A stretch of DNA of 64,000 bases from Rhodocyclaceae bacterium (GCA_035255045.1 DATFAA010000034.1:26435-90434), one strand, 5' to 3'; positions 28,505-38,244 are shown, numbered from the stretch's first letter. Notes: generated by a model from the sequence alone, not told the origin. Made by a program: numbers and translations.

Positions 28505-30574
28505 ATGTCAGCCCTGAAGGCGATTTTCTCCCGCCTGCACGCCGGAGAAAGCGAAACGCCGCCGCCGGCGCCCGAAAACCGGCGGCTCCACGGCGAAAGA
28601 AGGAAGACCGAGCGCCGGGGGAACATCTTTCCCTTCTACGACCGGGAGCAACGCCTGCGCTTCGCCGCCCAGGCGGCGGGATTCGGCACCTACGACCTGG
28701 ACTGCCTCACCGGCCACAACCACTGGTCCCCGGAGCTGAAAGCCATCGCCGGCCTGCCGCCGGAACCGGATACGGTGCCGATGGAGCAGGTGGCATCCCT
28801 CATCCACCCCGACGACCGGGAGCGCGTCCTGGAGAAGCTCCGGGACTCCCTGGAGCCGCGCAGCAGCGGCGACATCGACGACGAGCGCCGCCTGGTGCGG
28901 CCGGACGGCACGGTGCGCTGGGTGAGGATGCGGGGCCGCACCTTCTTCACCGGCGCGGGGGAAGAGCGGCGCCCCCTGGCGGCCACCGGCATCGTCGTGG
29001 ACATCACCGCCAGCCGGCAGGCCCAGCAGGAGGTCCTGGACAGCCAGGCCGAGCTGTCCGGCCTGCTGGATGCGGCCATCGACGCCATCATCAGCATCGA
29101 CGACGACCAGCGCGTCGTGCGCTTCAACCAGTCGGCCAGCCGGGTGTTCCGGTGCACCGCCGAGGACGCCATCGGCTCCCCCATCGAGCGCTTCATCCCC
29201 GAACGCCAGCGGGCCGCCCACCGCCGGGACGTTGGGCGCTTCGCCCAAGGTGGCGTCACCTCCCGCACCATGGGCATGCCCGGGGTCTTTTCCGGCCTGC
29301 GGGCGGATGGCGAGGAATTCCCCATCGAGGCCACCATCGCCAAGGTGCAGGTCGGGAACCGGCGGCAGCTTACGGTCTTCCTGCGGGACATCACCGAGCG
29401 CAAGCAAGCCGAGGAAGCCCTGCGCCAGAGCAAGGAAGACCTGGAGCTGGCGGTGCGTGGCGCCGCCGTCGGCGTCTGGAGCTGGGACGTGCGCACCGGC
29501 AAGGTGATGTGCTCGGACCGCTGCAGCCAGCTTTTCGGCCTGGAACGGGATTGCGTCTCCACCTTCGACGAGATGCTGTCCCGGGTCCATTCCGACGACC
29601 GGGAACGCATCGTCGCCGCCATCGGCCGCACCCTGGAGAGTGGCGAGGAATACAACGTCGAATTCCGGGTGGTCTGGCCCGATGGCGGCGTCCACTGGAT
29701 CGCCGCCATCGGCCGGGACCTCTACGAAGCCGGCAGCGGCCGGCCGGTGGGCATGCGGGGCATCGGCCTCGACATCACCGAGCGCAAGCGCCACGAGGAG
29801 GCCCGGGCGGAGTGGACCCGGCAGCTGGAGACCCGCATCCAGGAACGCACCGCCGAGCTGGTCCGGGCCAACGAGGCCCTCGAGCGCAGCAACCTGGAGC
29901 TGCAGCAGTTCGCCTTCGTCGCCGCCCACGACCTGCAGACCCCCCTGCGCTCCATCAGCGGCTTCGCCCAGCTCCTGCAGAAAGACTACGAGGGCCGCCT
30001 CGATCCCCGGGCCGAAGCCTGGCTGGAGCAGCTGGTGCGCTCGGCCCACCGCATGCGGGACATCATCCACGACATCCTGGCCTATTCCCGGGTCGAGTCC
30101 CGGGGCAACGTCTTCCGGCCCACCGACTTCAACGAACTGGTCGACGACGTCCTGGCCACCCTGGACGCCCCCATCCGGGAGACCGGCGCCCGGGTCAGCC
30201 GGGGCGACCTGCCCACCCTCCTCGGGGACCGCACCCAGCTCGCCCAGGTGCTGCAGAACCTCATCGACAACGCCCTCAAGTACCACGGTGAGGAAGCGCC
30301 CCGGGTCCATGTCTCGGCCCGCCGGGACGGCGGGGAGTGGGTCTTCGCGGTGCGGGACAACGGCATCGGCATCGCCGAGAAGCACCGGGAGAACATCTTC
30401 GACATTTTCCGGCGCCTGCATACCCAGCAGGAATATCCGGGCACGGGCATCGGGCTGGCCATCTGCCGCCGGGTGATCCATCGCCACGGCGGGCGCATCT
30501 GGGTGGAGTCCCAACCCGGCAGGGGCAGCACCTTCCTGTTCACCCTGCCGGATCGCCACGGGGAGGCGGCATGA
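28505..30574 (+). CDS. cytoplasmic triple-PAS sensor histidine kinase (Cph1-type kinase core)
   Basis: GGAAGG Shine-Dalgarno sequence. Three PAS/PAC repeats (each ending ...DITERK/DITASR), then FAFVAAHDLQTPLRSI and a HATPase domain. Confidence 0.9.
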   Translation: MSALKAIFSRLHAGESETPPPAPENRRLHGERRKTERRGNIFPFYDREQRLRFAAQAAGFGTYDLDCLTGHNHWSPELKAIAGLPPEPDTVPMEQVASLIHPDDRERVLEKLRDSLEPRSSGDIDDERRLVRPDGTVRWVRMRGRTFFTGAGEERRPLAATGIVVDITASRQAQQEVLDSQAELSGLLDAAIDAIISIDDDQRVVRFNQSASRVFRCTAEDAIGSPIERFIPERQRAAHRRDVGRFAQGGVTSRTMGMPGVFSGLRADGEEFPIEATIAKVQVGNRRQLTVFLRDITERKQAEEALRQSKEDLELAVRGAAVGVWSWDVRTGKVMCSDRCSQLFGLERDCVSTFDEMLSRVHSDDRERIVAAIGRTLESGEEYNVEFRVVWPDGGVHWIAAIGRDLYEAGSGRPVGMRGIGLDITERKRHEEARAEWTRQLETRIQERTAELVRANEALERSNLELQQFAFVAAHDLQTPLRSISGFAQLLQKDYEGRLDPRAEAWLEQLVRSAHRMRDIIHDILAYSRVESRGNVFRPTDFNELVDDVLATLDAPIRETGARVSRGDLPTLLGDRTQLAQVLQNLIDNALKYHGEEAPRVHVSARRDGGEWVFAVRDNGIGIAEKHRENIFDIFRRLHTQQEYPGTGIGLAICRRVIHRHGGRIWVESQPGRGSTFLFTLPDRHGEAA

Positions 30575-31023
30575 ACTCATCTCTCGCGGCCAGGCGGGCG
30601 GCGGAAGTCCTGTTGGTGGAAGACAACATGGGGGACATCCTGCTCACCCGGGAGGGCTTCAAGCGCAGCAATTTCCCGGTCAATCTCCACCACGTGGAAA
30701 ACGGCGAGGACTGCCTGGCCTTCCTGCGCAAGGAAGGTGCCTTCATCGACGTCCCCACCCCCGACCTCATCCTCCTCGACCTCAACATGCCGGTGATGGA
30801 CGGCCGCGAGGTGATGAAGACCCTGGTGGCGGACCAGCGCTTCCGCCATTACCCGGTGGTGGTGCTCACCACCTCGGCCAACGAGCAGGACATCCAGGAA
30901 ATGTACGAGCTGCGCTGCAGCACCTACATCGTCAAGCCCCTGGATTTCGAGGAGTTCCAGCGCATCATCCAGGTCATCGCCCAGTACTGGTTCACCGTCG
31001 CCACCCTGCCCGGCAGCGTCTAG
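30571..31023 (+). CDS. single-domain CheY-like response regulator (Rcp1-like)
   Basis: ATGA overlap with the kinase. VLLVEDNMGDILL...PDLILLDLNMPVMDGREV...YPVVVLTTSANEQDI..YEL..STYIVKP...YWFTVATLP closely mirrors cyanobacterial Rcp1, from memory. Confidence 0.9.
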   Translation: MNSSLAARRAAEVLLVEDNMGDILLTREGFKRSNFPVNLHHVENGEDCLAFLRKEGAFIDVPTPDLILLDLNMPVMDGREVMKTLVADQRFRHYPVVVLTTSANEQDIQEMYELRCSTYIVKPLDFEEFQRIIQVIAQYWFTVATLPGSV

Positions 31024-31040
31024 GACAGGCGCCGCGGGAC

Positions 31041-33035
31041 ATGCTCCTCTACGCCCTCACCCTCTGGGCCGGCGCCTTCCTGCTCTTCCTGCTGCAGCCC
31101 ATCATCGCCAAGCAGATCCTGCCCTGGTTCGGGGGCACGGCGGCGGTGTGGACCACCTGCCTGGTGTTCTTCCAGGGCCTGCTCTTCGCCGGCTATGCCT
31201 ACGCCGACTGGACCGTCCGCCGCCTGCCGGCCCGGCGCCAGGCGGCGCTGCACGGGGCGCTGCTCCTGGCCAGCCTGGCCTGCCTGCCCATCATCCCCGA
31301 CCCGGGCTGGAAGCCGGCCGGCCCCGAAGACCCGGGGGGGCGCATCCTCGGGCTGCTGGCCGCCACCGTCGGCCTGCCCTATTTCCTCCTCGCCACCACC
31401 GGCCCCCTGGTCCAGGCCTGGTTCGCCCGCAGCTTTCCCGCCGCCACGGTGTACCGCCTCTTCGCCCTCTCCAACCTGGCCTCCCTCCTGGCCCTCCTGG
31501 CCTACCCGCTGCTGATCGAGCCCTGGTGGACTACCCGTCTGCAGTCCCGGGCCTGGAGCTGGGGCTACGGGGCCTTCGCCCTCCTGTGCGGCGCCGCCGC
31601 CCTCTATAGCCTGCGGGCCAAGCCGGCGCCGGGAGCGGAGGAGGCGGCGGCAGCGCCGTCCCCCGGCTGGCGGGAGCAGGCAGCCTGGCTGCTGCTGGCG
31701 GCCATGGGCACCCTCATGCTGCTGGCCGTGACCAACCGCCTGACCCAGGACCTGGCCTCGGTGCCCTTCCTGTGGATCCTGCCCCTGGCCATCTATCTGC
31801 TCACCTTCATCCTGTGCTTCGAGGGCCGCGGCTGGTACCGGCGGGAGGCCTTCATCTGGCTGCTCCTGGTCACCGTGGTGGCCCTGGCGTGGACCCTCAA
31901 CCTCGGCAACCTGGGCGCCGCCGTCGCCATCGCCCTCAACCTGATCGGGCTCTTCGTCATGTGCATGTTCTTCCATGGCGAACTGGCTGCCAGGAAGCCC
32001 GCCCCCCGCCACCTCACCCGCTTCTACCTGATGGTTTCCCTGGGCGGCGTCCTCGGCGGCATGGCGGTGGCCCTGGTGGCGGTGCGGGTCTTCCAGGCCA
32101 ATTACGAATTCGGCCTCGGCCTGATGGCGACCCTCGCCCTGGCCGCCTGGGCCGTGCGCCGCTGGGCCCTGCCGGCCTCCCTGGCGGCCGTGGCCGCCGC
32201 CGGCCTGGGGACCTTTCACGTCTTCGAGCACATGGACTACCTGGGCCGCGATACCCGGACCATGGCCCGGGACTTCTACGGCACCCTGCGGGTCAAGGAA
32301 GTTGACGCGGACAAGCCCCGCCACGCCCGGCTGCGGCTCCTCCACGGCGCCACCATCCACGGCGAGCAGTACCTGGCTGCGGACCGCCAGGGCGAGCCCA
32401 CCACCTACTACGGCCCCACCTCCGGGGTCGGCCGCGTCCTCAAGGGCATGGGGCCGGGCAGCCGGGTCGGCGTCATCGGCCTCGGCACCGGCACCCTGGC
32501 GGCCTACGGCCGGCCCGGGGACGTCTACCGGTTCTACGACATCGATCCCCTGGTGGCCGCGGTGGCGAGCCGGGATTTCCGCTATCTCGAGGCCAGCGGC
32601 GCCCGCATCGAGCAGGTGCTGGGGGACGCCCGCCTGGCCCTGGAGCGGGAGCCGCCCCAGGGCTACGACCTCCTGGTGGTGGACGCCTTCGCCAGCGACT
32701 CCATCCCCGTCCACCTCATCACCCGGGAGGCCATGGCGGTCTATTGGCGCCACATGAAGCCGGGGGGCATCGTCGCCTTCCATGTCAGCAACCGCTACCT
32801 GCGGCTGGCGCCGGTGGTCGGGGGCATCGCCGACGACGCCCGGCTGGCCGCCGTCCTCGTCCAGGACGACCCGGTGGCGAGCGGCCTCTTCCGCAGCGAC
32901 TGGGTGCTGGTGGCCCGGGGGCGGGATGTCCTGGAACGCCCCGGCATCGCCGGCTTCACCACCCCCATCGAGCGCATCCCCGGCCTCGGGGTGTGGACCG
33001 ACGACTTCAACAATCTCTTGCGGGTCCTCAAGTGA
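31041..33035 (+). CDS. fused polytopic-membrane / spermidine-synthase-like (SAM-dependent aminopropyltransferase fold) protein
   Basis: About 400 aa of TM helices. The soluble C-terminal domain carries VGVIGLGTGTLAAYG (SAM-binding GxGxG), DLLVVDAFASDSIPVHL and GGIVAFHVSN. It starts 18 bp after the receiver gene. Confidence 0.8.
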   Translation: MLLYALTLWAGAFLLFLLQPIIAKQILPWFGGTAAVWTTCLVFFQGLLFAGYAYADWTVRRLPARRQAALHGALLLASLACLPIIPDPGWKPAGPEDPGGRILGLLAATVGLPYFLLATTGPLVQAWFARSFPAATVYRLFALSNLASLLALLAYPLLIEPWWTTRLQSRAWSWGYGAFALLCGAAALYSLRAKPAPGAEEAAAAPSPGWREQAAWLLLAAMGTLMLLAVTNRLTQDLASVPFLWILPLAIYLLTFILCFEGRGWYRREAFIWLLLVTVVALAWTLNLGNLGAAVAIALNLIGLFVMCMFFHGELAARKPAPRHLTRFYLMVSLGGVLGGMAVALVAVRVFQANYEFGLGLMATLALAAWAVRRWALPASLAAVAAAGLGTFHVFEHMDYLGRDTRTMARDFYGTLRVKEVDADKPRHARLRLLHGATIHGEQYLAADRQGEPTTYYGPTSGVGRVLKGMGPGSRVGVIGLGTGTLAAYGRPGDVYRFYDIDPLVAAVASRDFRYLEASGARIEQVLGDARLALEREPPQGYDLLVVDAFASDSIPVHLITREAMAVYWRHMKPGGIVAFHVSNRYLRLAPVVGGIADDARLAAVLVQDDPVASGLFRSDWVLVARGRDVLERPGIAGFTTPIERIPGLGVWTDDFNNLLRVLK

Positions 33036-33174
33036 GGCGCCCGCCACCCCGGCCATACGGGCGAATACCTATAGGTGTCAGCCCGGGTTCAGATCCAGCC
33101 CGCCGTCATGCAGACTGGTTCGATCCGGGCAGCGCGCCAGGCCGGCGGACCCCCTGTCGACAAGGAGACGACCC

Positions 33175-33762
33175 ATGACCCAGACCCCCCTCACCACGGC
33201 GGAAGCCATCCGGCTGCGCCGTTCGGTACGCAATTTCACCGCCGAGGAGGTGGACGACGACACCGTCGAGACCCTGCTGGCCGCCGCCGTGCGGGCACCC
33301 ACCGCCATCCACCTGGAGCCCTGGGGCTTCATCGTCATCCAGGACCGGGAGCTGCTGCGCCGCATCTCCGACCGGGCCAAGGACCTGTTCGCCGCCGAGG
33401 TGCGGCGGGAGCACCTGGACCGGGGCGGCCACGCCCTGGACGTCTTCGAAAGCCCGGAATTCAACGTCTTCTACAACGCCGGCACCCTGATCGTCATCTG
33501 CGCCACCGAGGCCGGTCCCTTCGTGGATGCCGACTGCTGGCTGGCGGCGGAGAACCTGATGCTGGCCGCCCGCTCCCAGGGGCTCGGCACCTGCGTCATC
33601 GGCTCGGCGGTGGAAGGGCTCAACAGCCCGGACATCCGGACCGAGATCGGCATGCCGGCGGGGGCCCGGGCGGTCGCCCCCATCATCGTCGGCTTCCCGG
33701 CCGAGGAGGCGCCCCCGACCCATCGCCGGCCGCCCCGCACCCTGAGCTGGCTCGGGCGTTGA
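33175..33762 (+). CDS. nitroreductase-family protein
   Basis: AAGGAGA Shine-Dalgarno sequence. RRSVRNFTAEEV...APTAIHLEPWGFIVI...AAENLMLAARSQGLGTCVIG are typical nitroreductase motifs. Confidence 0.85.
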   Translation: MTQTPLTTAEAIRLRRSVRNFTAEEVDDDTVETLLAAAVRAPTAIHLEPWGFIVIQDRELLRRISDRAKDLFAAEVRREHLDRGGHALDVFESPEFNVFYNAGTLIVICATEAGPFVDADCWLAAENLMLAARSQGLGTCVIGSAVEGLNSPDIRTEIGMPAGARAVAPIIVGFPAEEAPPTHRRPPRTLSWLGR

Positions 33763-33766
33763 ACCC

Positions 33767-36097
33767 TCAGTCGTAGAGCAGGTAGGGCTTCCGCCGGGCG
33801 CGGAACTGCTCCAGGGCCGGACGCCAGCCGGCGGCGATCTCGTTTACGCCGCGGCCGGCCCGGATGGCCTCCAGGGTGGCCCGGCTGCCCAGGTTGCCGA
33901 GGAGCTTGTCCAGGGAAAAATGGCCGGGATACAGCCGGTACAGGGTCGCCGCCAGGGCCACGCCCAGGCCCGGTGCATCGAGGGCGTCCCGGTCGGTCAC
34001 CCGGATGCGCACCCCGTGGCAGTGTTCGCCGGCGTAGCGGGACACCGCCGGGTCGAACTCGGCGGGGACAAAGCGCACCCCCGCCAGCCCCAGGGCCTCC
34101 AGTTCGCCGGCCAGGCGCTGGCCGTCGATCCAGGGGGCGCCCACCACCTCGAAGGGGCTGGCCGTGCCGCGCCCGACCGACACCTCGGCCCCCTCCACCA
34201 GGCCGACGCCGGGGTAGAGGACGGCCGCTGCCAGGCTGGTCAGGTTGGGGGAGGGCGCCAGCCAGGGCAGGCCGGTGTCGTCGTACCAGAGGTTCCGGCG
34301 ATAGTGCTCCATGGGGATCACCGTCAGGTCCACCGCCAGGCCGGCCTCGGCCTTGAAGAGGCGGGCGAATTCCCCCAGGGTGAGGCCGTGGCGCAGGGGC
34401 AGCGGCCAGTAGCCGGTGAAGGAGCGCAGTTCGGGATCGAGGACGGGGCCCTGGACGGCGGCGCCGTTCAGCGGGTCCGGCCGGTCCAGGACGAAGACCG
34501 GGATGCCCTTCTCCGCCGCCGCCTCCATGACCATGGCCAGGGTGCTGGCGTAGGTGTAGAAGCGCACCCCGGCGTCCTGGAGATCCACCACCAGGGCATC
34601 CAGCCCCGCCAGCATGGCCGGGGTCGGCCGCCGGCTGGCGCCGTAGAGGCTGTAGACGGGAAGGCCGGTGGCCGGGTCGCTGTCGTCGCCGACGCGGCCT
34701 TCCCGGCTGGCGGCCAGGCCGTGCTCGGGGCTGAAGAGGGCGGCCAGGGTGAGTCCTGGGGCCTGGAACAGTACGTCGATGGTGCGCCGGCCGGCCCCGT
34801 CCACGCCGCTGCGGTTGGTCACCAGCCCGACGCGCCGGCCCAGGAGGGGCGCGAAGCCCCGGGCGGCGAGGACGTCGATGCCGGCCTTCACCGGCCGGGC
34901 CACGGGCTTCGGCAGGTAGGGCGCCACCCGCTCGGCCAGCTCCGGACGGCGGGCGGCGATGGCATCGGGCGGCAGGGGCCCCAGGGCTTCCGCTACCGTG
35001 GCCACCACCCGGGCCCGCAGGGGGCCGGCATCACCCCCGCCGTCGGGATGGACCCGGTTGCTGAGGATGACCACATAGACCCCGGTCACCGGGTCGATCC
35101 ACAGGCCGGTGCCGGTGTAGCCCAGGTGGCTGGCGGCCCCCACCGGCGGCAGGGCGGCCCGGTTGGCGGCCAGCGGCGGGTCGAGGCGCCAGCCCAGGCC
35201 CCGGGGCGGGGCCGCCGGATAGGTCTGGGGCGAAAAGAGGGCGGTGACCGAGGCGGGGGAGAGGATGGGGCCGCCGCCGGCCAGGAGCGCCCGGGCGAAG
35301 CGGGCGAGGTCGGCGGCGGTGCCGAACAGCCCGGCGTTGCCGGCGACGCCCCCGAGGAGCTCGGCCAGGGGATCATGGACCCGGCCCCGGCGTATCCCCA
35401 CGCCGTCCCAGGTGGTGGGGGCGATGCGGGGGACCAGGGTGGCCGGCGGCAGGAAGCCGCTGTCGTCCATGTGGAGGGGCTTCAGCACTTCCCGCTCGAC
35501 GAAGGCCTCCAGGGGACGGCCGGAGACCCGGCGCACCACTTCCCCGAGGACGGCGAAATTGACGTCGCTGTAGACCGGATCGCCGCCGGGGCGGGTCGCC
35601 GGCTTGACGACAGCCAGGCGGCTGCGCACCTGCTCCGGCCGGGAGACGCCCCGCAGGTCGAGGCCTGGCGGGAGGCCGGAGGTGTGGGCCAGGAGCTGGC
35701 GGACGGTAATACCGGCCTTGCCCTGGGCGGCGAACTCGGGCCAGTAGCGGGCGGCGGGGGCGTCGAGGGACAGGGCGCCCCGTTCGGCCAGGCGCAGCAC
35801 GGCGGGGGCGGTGGCCACCGCCTTGGTCAGGGAGGCGAGATCGAAGACGGTGTCCAGGGTCATGGCCTCCGGTTCCGGCACCCGGGCCCGCAGGCCGAAG
35901 GCCTGGCCGTAGACGATGCGTTCCCCCTGGCCTACCAGGACCACGGCGCCGGGGATGCGGCCGGCGGCGATCTCGGCCTCGACGATGGCGGCGATGGGAG
36001 CCAGGCGCTGGAGTTCGAGGGCCTCGGCCGCCCGGCCGGCCAGGGGTGCGGCCAGGACCGCAAGGAGCACGAGAAGGCGGAGCCCGAGTCGATTCAT
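33767..36097 (-). CDS. secreted fusion protein: beta-lactamase-fold serine hydrolase (AmiE/PBP-like) plus DUF1343 (NamZ/YbbC-like exo-muramidase)
   Basis: A signal peptide is present. The N-terminal half has SLTK (SxxK), YSDVN and GYTGTG motifs. The C-terminal half (GLVTNRSGVD..., LFSPEHG..., VVDLQDAGVRFYTY) is DUF1343-like. The start overlaps the upstream gene stop (ATGA). Confidence 0.8.
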   Translation of the reverse strand: MNRLGLRLLVLLAVLAAPLAGRAAEALELQRLAPIAAIVEAEIAAGRIPGAVVLVGQGERIVYGQAFGLRARVPEPEAMTLDTVFDLASLTKAVATAPAVLRLAERGALSLDAPAARYWPEFAAQGKAGITVRQLLAHTSGLPPGLDLRGVSRPEQVRSRLAVVKPATRPGGDPVYSDVNFAVLGEVVRRVSGRPLEAFVEREVLKPLHMDDSGFLPPATLVPRIAPTTWDGVGIRRGRVHDPLAELLGGVAGNAGLFGTAADLARFARALLAGGGPILSPASVTALFSPQTYPAAPPRGLGWRLDPPLAANRAALPPVGAASHLGYTGTGLWIDPVTGVYVVILSNRVHPDGGGDAGPLRARVVATVAEALGPLPPDAIAARRPELAERVAPYLPKPVARPVKAGIDVLAARGFAPLLGRRVGLVTNRSGVDGAGRRTIDVLFQAPGLTLAALFSPEHGLAASREGRVGDDSDPATGLPVYSLYGASRRPTPAMLAGLDALVVDLQDAGVRFYTYASTLAMVMEAAAEKGIPVFVLDRPDPLNGAAVQGPVLDPELRSFTGYWPLPLRHGLTLGEFARLFKAEAGLAVDLTVIPMEHYRRNLWYDDTGLPWLAPSPNLTSLAAAVLYPGVGLVEGAEVSVGRGTASPFEVVGAPWIDGQRLAGELEALGLAGVRFVPAEFDPAVSRYAGEHCHGVRIRVTDRDALDAPGLGVALAATLYRLYPGHFSLDKLLGNLGSRATLEAIRAGRGVNEIAAGWRPALEQFRARRKPYLLYD

Positions 36098-37326
36098 TCC
36101 TGGCGCAGCCCTTCGCCGCTATAGACGTTGCGGGGATTCCACAGCATCCAGCCGTCCGACCCGAAGCCTTCGGCGGCATCGATCTGCTGGCGGATTTCCG
36201 GCCCGCCGAAGGGGCGATGGTCGAAGGCGTAGTCCCGGAAGGCCTGCAGCCAGGGGCGGAAACGCAGGGGCGACAGGCCGCTGCGGTGGGCGGCGTGCTT
36301 CAGGGTGAGCTGGACGATCTCGAAGGGATGCTGCACCGGGTTGGTGTAACCCGGGATGCCGAGGTGGAAGCCGGAGGGGTAGAGCATGAGGCAGAGGTAA
36401 TCCACCTCCCGGGCCAGGGATTCGATGCGCTGGCCGATGAAGGTGTCGTTCTGGTTCCAGGACACGTAGCCGAAGATGTCGGCGGCGATGAAGACGTTGT
36501 GGGGCGCCAGCCGCTTCCTGGCCGCCGCCAGGAAGCCGGAGATGGACGCCACCCGCCGTTCCTCGGTGTTGGGGACGGCGAAGACCAGGCCGGTGGCGTC
36601 GGGGAAGCGCAGGTAGTCGAACTGGATCTCGTCGAAGCCCATGGCCGCCGCCTCCTCGGCGATGTCCAGGTTGTAGGCCCAGACCTCCGGCCGGGAGGCG
36701 TCGACCCAGGCCAGGCCCTCCCGATCCCGGAAGAGGACGCCCCGGGCCGTCTTCACCGCCCATTCCGGGTGAGCGGTGGCGAGGGGATCGTCCTTGAAGA
36801 CGACGATGCGGGCGATCAGGTACACACCCCGCTTGTGGAGCTCGGCGAGGAGGGCGGGCATGTCCCTCACCGTGGTGTAGCGGCGGGCGCCCACCGCCTC
36901 GGCCAGGGCCACCCGGCTCGGGTAGGGGACGAGGCCCCGGTCGCCTTTGACGTCGATGACCAGGGCGTTGAGCTCGCTGCCGTCGATGAGGCCGAGGGCG
37001 GCCTGGCGCAGGCCCCGGTCGCCGATGCCCCAGGCCGACAGGTAGAGGGCCTTGGGGCGGATGGGGGTAAGGCGCAGGGGCGGCGCCGCGTCGCCGTCGG
37101 GGACGATGCGGCCGCGCCGGTAGCCGATGGCCCGCACGGTGACCGGGCCGCTGCCGGGGGCCAGGGTGTAGCGCCCATCGCCGTCGGTGCCGGCGATTTC
37201 GCCGCCCCGGGTGACGACGGCACCGGCCAGGGGCCGGCCGCTGGCCTCGTCCACCACCCGGCCGGTGAGGCCCCAGGCGGTTGGCAGCCAGGCGAGGAGG
37301 GTGGCGAGGAGCAGCCAGGCCCTCAT
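36094..37326 (-). CDS. putative glycoside hydrolase (DUF4015 TIM-barrel) with N-terminal carboxypeptidase-regulatory-like domain
   Basis: This is the last 410 aa of the chimeric ORF 36094..40476. The start is MRAWLLLATLLAWLPTAWG (signal). GRVVDEASGRPLAGAVVT...TDGDGRY is a CarboxypepD_reg-like domain. LNALVIDVKGD...YLIARIVVFKD...GFDEIQFDYLRFP follows. ATGA overlaps link it to both neighbours. Confidence 0.75.
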   Translation of the reverse strand: MRAWLLLATLLAWLPTAWGLTGRVVDEASGRPLAGAVVTRGGEIAGTDGDGRYTLAPGSGPVTVRAIGYRRGRIVPDGDAAPPLRLTPIRPKALYLSAWGIGDRGLRQAALGLIDGSELNALVIDVKGDRGLVPYPSRVALAEAVGARRYTTVRDMPALLAELHKRGVYLIARIVVFKDDPLATAHPEWAVKTARGVLFRDREGLAWVDASRPEVWAYNLDIAEEAAAMGFDEIQFDYLRFPDATGLVFAVPNTEERRVASISGFLAAARKRLAPHNVFIAADIFGYVSWNQNDTFIGQRIESLAREVDYLCLMLYPSGFHLGIPGYTNPVQHPFEIVQLTLKHAAHRSGLSPLRFRPWLQAFRDYAFDHRPFGGPEIRQQIDAAEGFGSDGWMLWNPRNVYSGEGLRQE

Positions 37327-38144
37327 GGCCGGGCTCCGGCGGCGCGCTTCTCCCCGGCCCGCAGCAGCCCCAGGAGGCCGGCGACGCCGTGGCTGTCGAC
37401 AATCAGGTAGCGGGGCAGGGCGAGGAGGGGATCGGCGGCGGTGGCGTGGCGGTCCCCGAGGGTGAAGGCGGCGGTGTAGCCGGCCGCGGCGGCGGCCGCC
37501 TCCAGTTCCGGGTCGTGGATGCCGAAGGGCCAGGCCAGGAAGGGAGCATCGGCCCCCAGCCGCGCCTTCAGGACCTGGCGCGGCTTCTCCAGCTGGCTGC
37601 GGACGAAACGGCGGTAGGCCTCCGGCTCCAGGCGCCGCTTCTCGACGCGGAAATCCGGGTGCCAGTAGGTGTGGGAATGGATCTCCACCAGGCCGGTGGC
37701 GGCCACTTCGGCCAGCTGTTCCCAGGTCATGGCGTAGGCGGCGTTGGAAATGGCTGAGGGGTAGATGAAGAGGGCCACCGGCAGATGCCGGCGGCGGATG
37801 ATGGGCAGCAGGTCCGTATAGACCGTGCGGTGGCCGTCGTCCACCGTGATGGCCAGGGGCCTGGCCGGCAGGGCGGACCGCCCCCGCAGGCCGGCGACGG
37901 CGGTGGACAGGGGCACGGCGGTGTAGCCCTCGGCCTGGAGCCGGTCGAGCTGGGCCTCGAAGACGGCGGTGCGGGTGGTCATGCTGTCGGCGATGGCGGG
38001 GCCGAAGCGGTGATAGACCAGGATGGGGATGGCGGGCTGGGCCTGGGCGGCCAGGGCGGCCAGGGCGGCGAGGCAGATGAGCAGCCGCCGCAGCCATCTG
38101 CGGCCGGGGATGTTGCCTGTGCTGCGCCAGCCCGCTCGGGCCAT
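37323..38144 (-). CDS. polysaccharide deacetylase (CE4 family), secreted
   Basis: A signal peptide is present. ILVYHRF, ITVDDGHRTVY and HSHTYWHPD are the CE4 metal and catalytic motifs. Confidence 0.85.
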   Translation of the reverse strand: MARAGWRSTGNIPGRRWLRRLLICLAALAALAAQAQPAIPILVYHRFGPAIADSMTTRTAVFEAQLDRLQAEGYTAVPLSTAVAGLRGRSALPARPLAITVDDGHRTVYTDLLPIIRRRHLPVALFIYPSAISNAAYAMTWEQLAEVAATGLVEIHSHTYWHPDFRVEKRRLEPEAYRRFVRSQLEKPRQVLKARLGADAPFLAWPFGIHDPELEAAAAAAGYTAAFTLGDRHATAADPLLALPRYLIVDSHGVAGLLGLLRAGEKRAAGARP

Positions 38145-38244
38145 GATCTTGCGAACCTCTAAGGAAGCCTACCGGCAAGTTACCACGAAATTCCCTGGCC
38201 AAAAGGCGGCTAGGTGCGAGTACGTATTTTCCAATTTGGTGTCT

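Noticed and set aside
38143-38244. Upstream in-frame ATG at 38143 as the start of the Cache-PAS kinase
   Set aside because: It shares the CATG with the divergent CE4 start codon, leaving no promoter space. The added 34 aa are not membrane- or domain-like. I preferred the Met at 38245.
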